The translations under genes were made by a program, and so were the position numbers. Shown in pieces: positions 55,304-64,000 of a stretch of DNA of 64,000 nt. This stretch comes from Escherichia phage ECP2303. The notes beneath the pieces are model-generated. The model saw only the letters and a program-made list of their open reading frames with translations, was not told the DNA's origin and searched no databases. The stretch lies in sequence record PP261279.1; one strand, 5' to 3'. Each line of letters starts with the position of its first letter. The stretch's first letter is position 1.

Positions 55304-56344
55304 CTATGCATAATTAACAGTGATCCATTGACCGTTTACAAGTTTTTGTAAAGGTCCTGCCCAGTAAGTTGAACCACGCATCTCTTTTTTGTCACCGAAA
55401 TGCCAGCCTGTGACAACGTAGCCGTTGCGGATTGGAGATTCAGAAACGCCGTCCACAAGTCTTGCACCGATTCTGATGTCTTGCACACCTGTCTGCGGGA
55501 TAGTGATCGTTACATCACCGTTACCGTTAGCCGTCACTCCGTTCACAGAGCGAACCACATTTCTGTTACCGACAACACAGTGCTGGCTTCTTACAACCAT
55601 ACTGTCACAACTTGCACCACCATTAACATATACTGACCCAGCCGTCAATTGACTAGCCACATTGCAGTTGGTGAATGTTGCTGTATTACTGATAGTAAGG
55701 TTATTACACCTCATGTTATCGACAACTTCAACATTGCCTACCACTTTCAACAGCGCACGGTTAGCCGTGATCGCGTTAAGGTACATCAAAGTGAACTCTG
55801 GATTAATATCCGGCTGAGTTGGCTGGAATCTCCAACGAAACGCATCTACTGTAGATGTACCGCCATCATCAAACGACCCGGTATTATCACTTAACCCAAA
55901 GTCGAGAGTTGTCTTATCTGGGCCAATAGTCGTCTCTATCCAAGCCTTATCTGTCTCGGCAGCTTTAAAGTTGATACGTTGCAAACCCAAGGGGCCTGTC
56001 ATTGTATCACCTGTAACTTTTACATACCTGGCGTCTGCCTCTTCCTTGGTAATAATCCCAAGGTTTCTACGGGCAACAGGGATGTTCAAAAGATCACTCA
56101 AGTTATTATCACGTACCAGATAACGGCCTTCTTGAGCGGGGATCTGCTCGTCAGCAATATATTTTGCCCAAGTTCCGAGCATATTGAAAATATAGTTAAG
56201 TTCTTCACATGAGGGCTTTTGACCAAGATCCCAACCTTTTCTCCACAAATCATCAATCGGGCGTAGCCTGTTCTGTCTGTGGGTGTTAGGCAGAACCTGA
56301 TCCTCCTCTGCCCAAATCTCTAATGGAAAACTAGGTTTTGACAT
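55304..56344 (-). CDS. tail fibre protein, paralog 1
   Basis: 346 aa; conserved termini shared with 53246..54292; followed by tfa. Confidence 0.7.
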   Translation of the reverse strand: MSKPSFPLEIWAEEDQVLPNTHRQNRLRPIDDLWRKGWDLGQKPSCEELNYIFNMLGTWAKYIADEQIPAQEGRYLVRDNNLSDLLNIPVARRNLGIITKEEADARYVKVTGDTMTGPLGLQRINFKAAETDKAWIETTIGPDKTTLDFGLSDNTGSFDDGGTSTVDAFRWRFQPTQPDINPEFTLMYLNAITANRALLKVVGNVEVVDNMRCNNLTISNTATFTNCNVASQLTAGSVYVNGGASCDSMVVRSQHCVVGNRNVVRSVNGVTANGNGDVTITIPQTGVQDIRIGARLVDGVSESPIRNGYVVTGWHFGDKKEMRGSTYWAGPLQKLVNGQWITVNYA

Positions 56345-56356
56345 TTTATCTCCTGA

Positions 56357-58429
56357 TTATGAGAAGTCTGGCGGGACAACATCTTCTACATACCCTTTCA
56401 GAGCAACCTGCCCCATATGAAGCACGGTAGAATCTCTAGCGGTAACAGTGATGCTGTCAGACATTACTTGCGGGTATGCCCACACATACTGTTTTACCTC
56501 AGGGTATCTATACTCTATAGTTGCCATGTTTCCGCAAATACATCTCCATAAAAATTCTTGGTAATTCCTAGTTGGGTCATAGCCATATACCGGAGCAAGC
56601 TCTTTACTAGGAACGAACCCTGCAAGGTATTGTATTTCAGACGGTTGCCAACCTAACCTAACGATAGGTATGTTTACAGACTCTTTTGCCTTTTCAATAC
56701 CTCCCTGCATCACCCAATCGTAGCACTCGGTGCAGAAGAAATCAAGAGCACCTGCTTCCTTTTTATATTGGTCAGCAAGGTTCAGCTTTTGTGTAAGCTC
56801 GGTTTCCATAATGGTTGGGAAAAACAGCAAAGCTGTCATCTGAGCTGATGCAGCGTGTGCCTTTACTGCCTTTGAAATAGCCGCAATACGAGCGCCAAGC
56901 TTACCACGACAAAATGCCACATACTTGTCGTAAACACCGCCAGTTTTAGGATCGTCAATAGTCCCAATATCTAATGCATACTCACCTGTCTCATCATAAA
57001 ACGCCTGCTTTGTAGGGTAATCATAAATACAAGGCCTACGAGTATCGGTATTGTACCACCACCACGGTTCACCAACCTGCATAATCACTGGCAGGTTGTT
57101 TCTCATAGCGGCTGATGCAAAATTCTTAAATACTGCAGTAAGGAAATTCATACCCTCTTCAATGGTTGGAGATAGGAGGTAGCTACAAGGTGTATACCCT
57201 GTTTTAGCGTAGTTATCGTTCCAGTCTCTTTGGGTCCATTCCAACGGGCAGGCATCGCTGAAAAGCTCAAAACTTACAGATTGCATAACGTCGAAGTTAT
57301 GTCGTTTGGCATTGTACATAAAATCATCATGCCATTTATAAGCTGCAGCGTTTAGCGCTCCTGTTCTGTTTATAGACCATTGGGTTCCGGACCATGTGTA
57401 GTCATAATAATGACTCATACCAACATAATGGTTTATGGTTCCGGTATATCCCAGACGCTTGATATTGTTCAACACCCTTAAAGGAGAGACGTTCCACATA
57501 TCGTCATATGCGGTGCAGATCCCAACGTCGTGCTCTCTCACCTGAATATTATTAAGTTGCATCATTTTCCAGCCTGTGTCTGGCTGAAGCAAATCTAGGC
57601 GCAACTCACACTCTACATTTTCCGTTCTCGGGTCTGTGCTATTACTTACCCAGTCTTTAGGCATGAGTGGTATTAAAATCCTTCTCACCTGCCGAGGATC
57701 AACACCCATCATGTTGTTGTTCTGGTCCATCCCGACGCAGTCCTCGAAATCAATATGAATTTCTGCAACATTCTTATCCTCTGAGATGCTGACAGCATAT
57801 TGAGCTAAAGGAACATAGATGATTGTGCCATCAACAAGGTCTACAGTCATAATCATCTTTTCAGGAGTGGAGAAGTTGCTGGCGTTGGTTATTGACATTC
57901 TGAACCAAAGTTTGGTGTTTCTCATCTCATAGTGATCATCAAACCCAATACCGAAATGGTCATACTTGTCAACTGTTTCCCAAATGCATCCAGCCATACC
58001 CCCATATGTTCTTGACACTAAACGGTTAATACAACAGTTGTTATCTGCAACAATACAGGTACTTTCAGTCTGCTGAGTAGTTGTAACCCAATATCTTGGG
58101 TGGAACATTCTCTCCTCGACAGTATCCCAAGATATCCTGTCAAGATTCTCATCTGAAACTATTGTACATTTCGCCCTTTGTGTCCCGATCATCACCCCTT
58201 GAGATTTTGATGAAAACTCCATAAAGAAGCTTCTTGGCAACCTGTTGGGTAATTTGTCAACAATTTCCACCGGAATCTCAATACTGGTTGCCCCGACTGG
58301 GATAGTTACATCGCCCTCAACATGATCATAATCCCTACCAGGAACGGCAGTATCCTGAACTGTGCGGTAATGAAACTGCGCAGCCATTGTAGAGTAATCA
58401 CGGTAAGGTTTAAAAACAGCTGTTGCCAT
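56357..58429 (-). CDS. tail/baseplate-associated protein (690 aa)
   Basis: Long ORF within the tail module; no catalytic motif recognised. Confidence 0.65.
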   Translation of the reverse strand: MATAVFKPYRDYSTMAAQFHYRTVQDTAVPGRDYDHVEGDVTIPVGATSIEIPVEIVDKLPNRLPRSFFMEFSSKSQGVMIGTQRAKCTIVSDENLDRISWDTVEERMFHPRYWVTTTQQTESTCIVADNNCCINRLVSRTYGGMAGCIWETVDKYDHFGIGFDDHYEMRNTKLWFRMSITNASNFSTPEKMIMTVDLVDGTIIYVPLAQYAVSISEDKNVAEIHIDFEDCVGMDQNNNMMGVDPRQVRRILIPLMPKDWVSNSTDPRTENVECELRLDLLQPDTGWKMMQLNNIQVREHDVGICTAYDDMWNVSPLRVLNNIKRLGYTGTINHYVGMSHYYDYTWSGTQWSINRTGALNAAAYKWHDDFMYNAKRHNFDVMQSVSFELFSDACPLEWTQRDWNDNYAKTGYTPCSYLLSPTIEEGMNFLTAVFKNFASAAMRNNLPVIMQVGEPWWWYNTDTRRPCIYDYPTKQAFYDETGEYALDIGTIDDPKTGGVYDKYVAFCRGKLGARIAAISKAVKAHAASAQMTALLFFPTIMETELTQKLNLADQYKKEAGALDFFCTECYDWVMQGGIEKAKESVNIPIVRLGWQPSEIQYLAGFVPSKELAPVYGYDPTRNYQEFLWRCICGNMATIEYRYPEVKQYVWAYPQVMSDSITVTARDSTVLHMGQVALKGYVEDVVPPDFS

Positions 58430-59115
58430 TAACCCTCCTGTCTAGTTGCGTTTACTGTAATACTTTCACAATAAATGGTTGTGGTGTCCCAATCAGGTCT
58501 TACGTCAGGAACATACAGCAAAGTAGCCAGCCCACCAACTCCGAATTGGTTTTCTTCCCACACTGATCCGAAGCCAAGAGCTGTATGGTCCCCTTCAAAA
58601 CCAAAAGCTTGCCCTTGCGATTCTGTAAGACGCAAATGACAAGGCAATGGTAGCATGTCTAAGATCTGATCGATAGACTGCAATATGTCAAAGCAAGTTT
58701 TTCTAATATTTATGTCAAATCTGAAGTTGTCTCCTTTCCACGTATCGAAATTGTCCCTTCCGAACAATTGTCGCAAGGTGGAGATGACATCTTCGCGAGT
58801 CCCACCCCTTGATGCTGCGGCCTGCTGAATAATCAGCGTGGCACGAAAATCAGCATCTGAAAGTCCATTCCTAAGAATACCAAGTTGATTACCAACTTCG
58901 TCAAGGTATCTTCCGCTAGCATTGTTAAGCAATCTTCCTTCAGCCAAACCTACCAGCATCTTATCAACATCCTCCAACCTTTTAAGGTACACGGTTAAGA
59001 ATGTGACCAAATTAACCTTCTCAGCCAGAAAATCTCCAGGCAGGTAGTCAAGACCTCCCTGAACAAAATCTGGCAGAGTGTGGATGTGGTTAACATCCGA
59101 CTTAATCTCTGCCAT
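58429..59115 (-). CDS. baseplate/tail protein
   Basis: 228 aa; ATGA overlap with the downstream gene. Confidence 0.6.
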   Translation of the reverse strand: MAEIKSDVNHIHTLPDFVQGGLDYLPGDFLAEKVNLVTFLTVYLKRLEDVDKMLVGLAEGRLLNNASGRYLDEVGNQLGILRNGLSDADFRATLIIQQAAASRGGTREDVISTLRQLFGRDNFDTWKGDNFRFDINIRKTCFDILQSIDQILDMLPLPCHLRLTESQGQAFGFEGDHTALGFGSVWEENQFGVGGLATLLYVPDVRPDWDTTTIYCESITVNATRQEG

Positions 59116-59126
59116 ATCTCGCCGCC

Positions 59127-60617
59127 TTAAATAGTTTGTTGGAAAGTTATATTACTTTCGTCGAGGTCAAACACCTCGGTCATGTTCGCAACAATATCGT
59201 TTGTAGTGTAAGCTTCATCAGAAGCTCCTACTGGTTTAACTTGAATTACCAGTCTATTAAATCTGCCTATTGACACAGCAGCAGATGCAGCACCGACCAA
59301 TTGGATATTATACAACGTATCTGCAACATCCAGTCCGTTAACAACCTGTAAAAGAGCCTCTACAATGGCATCTTTTTCGGTTGTGGAAAGCGCAGCACCA
59401 GAGTAGGTAATTCTTACATCCAGGCGGTAGGTATTTGCCTTGGAGTAATAAATTCTTTCAGTTTGACCGTCAGATGTAGTGACATCGTAGAAAATATTAC
59501 CATAAGTCCTGTTCGTACAGGCTATAGTTTGGTAAAGTGCTTGGCAAATGTCCTCCGTTGCACCACCAAACACAACCACTTGGAACTTGTAAGGAGGTAT
59601 ACCTTTAGCATCAGTTTTATCGGTGTTGTTGGAGAACACTCTCACTTTCTCAACACCTTTCACCTCGCTTACAGCGCTAAGGATTGCAGGACGGGTAGCC
59701 TTAGATGTTAACTGTTTTGTGCTGGAAGCTCTTAAGCGATACTCTGAGTCTTTCTCAACATCTCTGCCCTCATTGAATCTTTCTCGGTTGGTAAGTTTGA
59801 TAAATCCACTAGGGGTAGGTGACATTGTTGTCACGGTTTCTGCCTCTCTTGACAGCTCACCAGCCTCGTTAGCGATAACATCCAGGGTGATAGTTCTTTC
59901 TCCTACAATCGGGGATACTCTGAAATCTACCCTGCTATTAAGTCCAACTTGATCAAGATTCGAATTGTACCCTATCCACAACGTTCCTGTCAACATATCG
60001 ATCTGAATCAAATCGTCGTTCAACAGGGTTGTATTATCGACAATGAACTGCTTAATCTCTCCGTAAAAGCTTGGCAGATCAGAGGAGTCCAGAGCCTTAT
60101 CTGTTAAAACCAGACTTTTTGTTTTGATACTTCCGTCTGTCTGGTTGGTAATTTGAAAGTTGTATTTCCCAATTCTTAGGTCTGGAGCGTTTATTCTGTG
60201 AGCAATAAGATTTCCAGCCACCTGCACATCGTTGCTAAGAACAAAGTTGCCACTGTCCAGCGTATAAGTTTTGGAATCATAAATCATATTGTACGGCACA
60301 GTTGTGTTGATTGTCAACTGGCAGGTACCTGATGATTTAGAACGGCCTCTTCGGTAAATACCCTGCCTTCCAAGAAGCTCATCCAGGTAAATACCTTCTG
60401 CCCCATACAGCGTCTGTGATGCGTATACAGATGCTGCCATAAGAATAAGTTGATATTCTCGCTCGTTGAAAATAGTGGTCAGCTTATCTGCAACTGAGTT
60501 ACTCTGTACGTTGAAGTTTTCGCCAAAAGCACGGATCAGGCTTTGCTTAGTTTCAACGATTAGGTCATTTAGGGTTGGTATAACGAAACCAGCCTCTGTC
60601 AATCCATACTTAGCCAC
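59127..60617 (-). CDS. baseplate protein (Baseplate-J-like N-terminal pattern)
   Basis: 496 aa; N-terminal region resembles the pattern of gpJ/gp47-type baseplate proteins, from memory only. Confidence 0.55.
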   Translation of the reverse strand: MAKYGLTEAGFVIPTLNDLIVETKQSLIRAFGENFNVQSNSVADKLTTIFNEREYQLILMAASVYASQTLYGAEGIYLDELLGRQGIYRRGRSKSSGTCQLTINTTVPYNMIYDSKTYTLDSGNFVLSNDVQVAGNLIAHRINAPDLRIGKYNFQITNQTDGSIKTKSLVLTDKALDSSDLPSFYGEIKQFIVDNTTLLNDDLIQIDMLTGTLWIGYNSNLDQVGLNSRVDFRVSPIVGERTITLDVIANEAGELSREAETVTTMSPTPSGFIKLTNRERFNEGRDVEKDSEYRLRASSTKQLTSKATRPAILSAVSEVKGVEKVRVFSNNTDKTDAKGIPPYKFQVVVFGGATEDICQALYQTIACTNRTYGNIFYDVTTSDGQTERIYYSKANTYRLDVRITYSGAALSTTEKDAIVEALLQVVNGLDVADTLYNIQLVGAASAAVSIGRFNRLVIQVKPVGASDEAYTTNDIVANMTEVFDLDESNITFQQTI

Positions 60618-60685
60618 GTCACTCCTCCGGTATGAAAATCTCTACAAGGTATTTTACCAAATTTTGTAACAATAGTCAATCTGAG

Positions 60686-60714
60686 CATAAAAATAAACCC
60701 CGCCGAAGCGGGGC
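60686..60714 (-). terminator. intra-operon terminator/attenuator
   Basis: Minus-sense ccccgcttcggcgggg followed by tttatttttat, 3' of the J-like gene. Confidence 0.55.
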
Positions 60715-60722
60715 TTTAAAGG

Positions 60723-63700
60723 TTAGTCGTGAGACTCGTTCCAAGGTCCTTGGAAACTAGAGTTAGAACGGCTTACCACAACAGTAGGACAGGATATTGC
60801 GACCCCTGTTACAGAAGACGTTGACCATGGTGTGTAGATTTCAACAACAATATCTATGGTTTGTTCACCAAGACCCGTTATCCCTACTGCACACATACCG
60901 TTGTTGTCGTTTCCGTACTTCTTACCTGCAAGGATTTGATGTCCGGCTATCCAAACGTTAAGCTGGGAGCCAGACAAGGTTCCGTTTAGTTTAAAGAAGA
61001 ATGTTACGTTCTTACCTTGTCCTGAAACGTTGTCCACATATCTCCACCTCCAACGGCAAACCCTCTGCTGTGAGTTATATACTGGAGGACAGTCACCGTA
61101 GGTTCTGTGTGCAACTATTGCACCTTCGAACTGGTTAGCACGGATAACAGAAGCTTCTACACGCCCACGAAAGGTACCTCCGGTTGCATCTATGGTGCCC
61201 CTAAAGCTACCATTATTGGCATAAACATCCCCACGGAAGGTACCACTAGTGGCGTTAACTGCCCCTGTGAAGTTACCAGAACTGGCGTTGATGTTGCCTT
61301 TCACCCACACATCCATAAATTGGGCGTGCCCGTTCTTGTTAATATACCAACCGTATTTATGGTACCCGTTGCCATCGTAGTTGTTTGACGAAATTTCTTG
61401 TGCGATCTTGGCAGATGAAATCGTCCCGTTCTCTATAAAAGCATCTTTCAAGAACGCTTGGTTGTTCTTGATTGCGAAAGCAAGGGTTGCTGTTCCATTT
61501 CCAGGGTTGTATACCGCAAAATTGTTTGCACTAACCATGAAGTAGGATTGAACTTGGCCTCCAGACCCTTCCATCCCCAACTGGATACCTGCAACATATT
61601 TATTCCCTGCGGAGTCTACCTGTATTTTTGTGCCCCATTGAGCATTTACTTTACCCTCTAAGTCGGTTACAGCCTTAGATGTTGTAGCTACTGCAGCCCT
61701 GATCTCGGACACATCCCCAACATCATCAATGATCTCCTGCTTAGCAACAGCAAGTTCTTGACGAATAGCTGACGCTGTGCCGTTGATAAGGTCCACAGTA
61801 GCTTTGTTGGTATCGGAAATTGTAGCATCCAGCGCTGTTTTTGTGGAAGTCAGTTTTCCATCCAAAGCATCAATCGCCTGCTTGTTGGTAGAAATCTCCC
61901 CACGTGCAGAAGTTATCTGCTCTGACAGTGCAGATGTTTTCTGATTCAACAAGTCAGTGGTGGCCTTGTTGGTATTGGCAATCAAGGTGTTGAGGTCAGT
62001 TTTTGCGGTGGTTATCTTGCCATCCAGGGTGGTATAGTTTTTAGATACCGTCGCGTTTGTCTGACTGATCTTTTGATCCAGAGTTTCAGATGTCCTGTTC
62101 AAAAGATCCACAGTTGCCTGGTTAGTGCTCAAGATGCTTGCGTCAAGTTCTGTTCTCTGAGTATTGATCTTACCATCCAGAGTTTTATCTCCGGCTAAAT
62201 ACCCGCTCTCAACTCCCTCTATCTGCTCTACCAGCTCACCTTTGGCGGCAACCAATTTCTCATCTAAAGCCTCTGTCTTTTTGTTCAGAAGATCAGTAGT
62301 TGCTTTATTGGTTGTCTCGATCAGAGATGCCAGTCTGCCACTTTCAGTGTTCAGATCGTTGGTGAATTTGTTCTGTGCAGCAACAAGTTTCCTATCCAGC
62401 GCTGTAATGTTACCATTGACATCTTCAAACTTCTGAGTTGTTTCTGTAACTACCGCACCTATTCTGTCCCCAAGTTGTTGGAACGCTTCATCTACCCTAC
62501 CATCCATGTACCTGTTAAGTTCTGTGACACGATTTTCAACCTCTTCAATAGAGGAATCCAAAGTGCTCATCAACTCTTTATAAGTTTCTGTCTTTTTGAA
62601 TTCAGCATCTATCTGAGGCATCAAATCCTCAATAGAGGTATAGCAGCGTGCAGCGCATTCTACAAACTGAGAGCTACCAAAAGCGTTTGTGGTTCGAATA
62701 TACCAATAATAAACCTTATCGTTCTGCAGACCTTCAGATGTCCAAGTCGAACCAACACCCATACGGGTGGCTTCTGAAGTAACGGTTGCATCACTAGTGT
62801 CTGGCAACCTTGTCATACCAGATGTCCAAAAGTCATACTGGGTGCTTACACTTGCTAAATCCCTGCTGTGTGGAATCAAGGTGATAGCAAAGTATCCTTG
62901 CTTAACCTCTACAGAAACAGGAGCTTCAGGTGCCTGAATGTTAAACTCGCAGTACGCTTCTGGAGATACACCACCTTTATAAGATGTTGCAACCACGGTT
63001 GCTGTGTATGACCCTTTGGTCAAGCCTTCTACTCTGACAAACTGCTCAACTGTCTGTGCTGTCCAAACAATCTCTCCGTTCTTTCTTACCTGCACAATAT
63101 TTTGAGCGTAAGTTCCAACGTTGTCCCAAGCCAAAACACCGTGAGTTACTTCCCCAGCTTGGAGAACGGAGTATCTGAAGTTTTGCGGTTGAGCTACACC
63201 GGATGGGGATATCGGAATATCTACATCGCCGGAATCCGGAAGTTGCCCTGTGGCATCATTCCACTCTTTAGCATCTTGACGAAGTTTTACCTTGACACCG
63301 CCCTTTTTGGTGAACTCCCATTCAAGAACCCTCATTTCTTGGCCCACTATACCAATACTTGGGAGATTCATTGTAACGTAACGGCCAGGTTTAAATTTAA
63401 AACCTCGCATATTGCAGGTGACTTCAATAATCCTGCCAGCTCTAGCACGTCTTAAAAATATTGCAGAAACACGCTGAGCTTGATAAGGGCTGGTAACAAA
63501 GCGGTAGTCTATATCGATTATCTTTCTTTCTCCATCCTTCTCTATCCACTCTGGGACAAACACTGATGGAAAATCTGTTTCAGAATACCCTTTGGTCGGA
63601 CTGGTGAATCTGCCAGTTATTGTGTTGGATCTTTTGTCAAACGAGGCTTCCGGATAGATCTTAACCTCACCACAGACACAGTCCTCACTCAGTGTCATTG

Positions 63701-64000
63701 TTGCCGGACCATAATATGCACCTACCAGCAGTCCATACTTACCAGCTACATAGCTGAGATCTGCACCACAAGCTTTCAGCATTTCTGCCATAATACTTGC
63801 TGGGGCCTCATCCATATCGAACTCGCCATTAATGGTGTAACGGCGCTCACTAGTTCCGTCCGCGTTTCTTACCGCCTCATCGCATATGTTAGCAGCCTCC
63901 TTGAAGGACTCCCAGTTGATGGTTTCGTCAGGACATTTAAGGTACGTTCTTAAATAGTCTAGAATCACCAAGGCCGCGTTATTGGTATACACCTCTTTAC
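60723..64000 (-). CDS. host-specificity/tail-tip protein, lambda J-like, 5'-truncated by the window edge
   Basis: Segments KYVAGIQLGMEGS, FMVSANNFAVYNPGNG, GYFAITLIPH and YYWYIRTTNAFGSS parallel recalled lambda gpJ (KHYVAGIGLSMED, FLVAANRIAFIDPANG, GYFQITATPH, YYFYIRSVNTVGKS); no upstream stop within the window. Confidence 0.75.
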   Translation of the reverse strand, partial: KEVYTNNAALVILDYLRTYLKCPDETINWESFKEAANICDEAVRNADGTSERRYTINGEFDMDEAPASIMAEMLKACGADLSYVAGKYGLLVGAYYGPATMTLSEDCVCGEVKIYPEASFDKRSNTITGRFTSPTKGYSETDFPSVFVPEWIEKDGERKIIDIDYRFVTSPYQAQRVSAIFLRRARAGRIIEVTCNMRGFKFKPGRYVTMNLPSIGIVGQEMRVLEWEFTKKGGVKVKLRQDAKEWNDATGQLPDSGDVDIPISPSGVAQPQNFRYSVLQAGEVTHGVLAWDNVGTYAQNIVQVRKNGEIVWTAQTVEQFVRVEGLTKGSYTATVVATSYKGGVSPEAYCEFNIQAPEAPVSVEVKQGYFAITLIPHSRDLASVSTQYDFWTSGMTRLPDTSDATVTSEATRMGVGSTWTSEGLQNDKVYYWYIRTTNAFGSSQFVECAARCYTSIEDLMPQIDAEFKKTETYKELMSTLDSSIEEVENRVTELNRYMDGRVDEAFQQLGDRIGAVVTETTQKFEDVNGNITALDRKLVAAQNKFTNDLNTESGRLASLIETTNKATTDLLNKKTEALDEKLVAAKGELVEQIEGVESGYLAGDKTLDGKINTQRTELDASILSTNQATVDLLNRTSETLDQKISQTNATVSKNYTTLDGKITTAKTDLNTLIANTNKATTDLLNQKTSALSEQITSARGEISTNKQAIDALDGKLTSTKTALDATISDTNKATVDLINGTASAIRQELAVAKQEIIDDVGDVSEIRAAVATTSKAVTDLEGKVNAQWGTKIQVDSAGNKYVAGIQLGMEGSGGQVQSYFMVSANNFAVYNPGNGTATLAFAIKNNQAFLKDAFIENGTISSAKIAQEISSNNYDGNGYHKYGWYINKNGHAQFMDVWVKGNINASSGNFTGAVNATSGTFRGDVYANNGSFRGTIDATGGTFRGRVEASVIRANQFEGAIVAHRTYGDCPPVYNSQQRVCRWRWRYVDNVSGQGKNVTFFFKLNGTLSGSQLNVWIAGHQILAGKKYGNDNNGMCAVGITGLGEQTIDIVVEIYTPWSTSSVTGVAISCPTVVVSRSNSSFQGPWNESHD

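Noticed and set aside
59127-60617. Firm assignment as a myovirus-type baseplate wedge protein (P2 gpJ / T4 gp6)
   Set aside because: The resemblance is a remembered N-terminal pattern only, and the same operon carries a lambda J-like tail-tip protein typical of siphoviruses; left as a generic baseplate protein.

Overview
This window reads as a 64-kb segment of a tailed dsDNA phage genome: densely packed, co-directional genes with frequent start/stop overlaps and strong AAGAGG-type ribosome-binding sites. Three blocks are visible. (1) 1.1-38.7 kb, minus strand: a long early/replication region of mostly small hypothetical genes that also encodes an SSB-like protein with a DDDIPF tail, a family A DNA polymerase with 3'-5' exonuclease, a T7 gp4-like primase-helicase, two orphan DNA methyltransferases (one C5-like with an atypical PPCT catalytic motif, one beta-class N6A/N4C), a Dda-like SF1B helicase, a GHKL-ATPase protein (rIIA-like) with an overlapping partner gene, a secreted SleB-like cell-wall hydrolase, a MoxR-like AAA+ ATPase and a macro-domain protein. 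(2) 38.7-45.5 kb, plus strand: a divergently transcribed cluster with an HNH-like protein, a vWA protein carrying an N-terminal HExxH domain, a HAD-type nucleotidase-like protein and small paralogous proteins. (3) 45.5-64.0 kb, minus strand: a tail/baseplate module with a lambda J-like host-specificity protein (truncated at the window edge, with a coiled-coil repeat insertion), baseplate-like proteins, two paralogous tail-fibre genes with a lambda Tfa-like assembly chaperone, a tailspike-like protein and a 1878-aa protein with RCC1-like repeats and a Big_2-like domain. Non-coding structure is rich: sigma70-like promoters including a divergent pair at 38.7 kb, several families of near-identical terminator hairpins, a 45-bp repeat present three times, recurrent intergenic stem-loops ahead of ribosome-binding sites, a GAGACAA-N-TCACCGGGG motif at four loci, and two repeat-dense gene-poor regions (1-470 and 11.5-12.8 kb). 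No rRNA, tRNA or CRISPR array was recognised. All protein calls rest on motifs read in the supplied translations and on recalled family signatures; no database search was run. The strongest candidates for an undescribed system are the split MoxR/vWA-HExxH pair, the methyltransferase/helicase/GHKL cluster at 25.6-34.0 kb, the macro-domain protein and the 11.5-12.8 kb regulatory hub.
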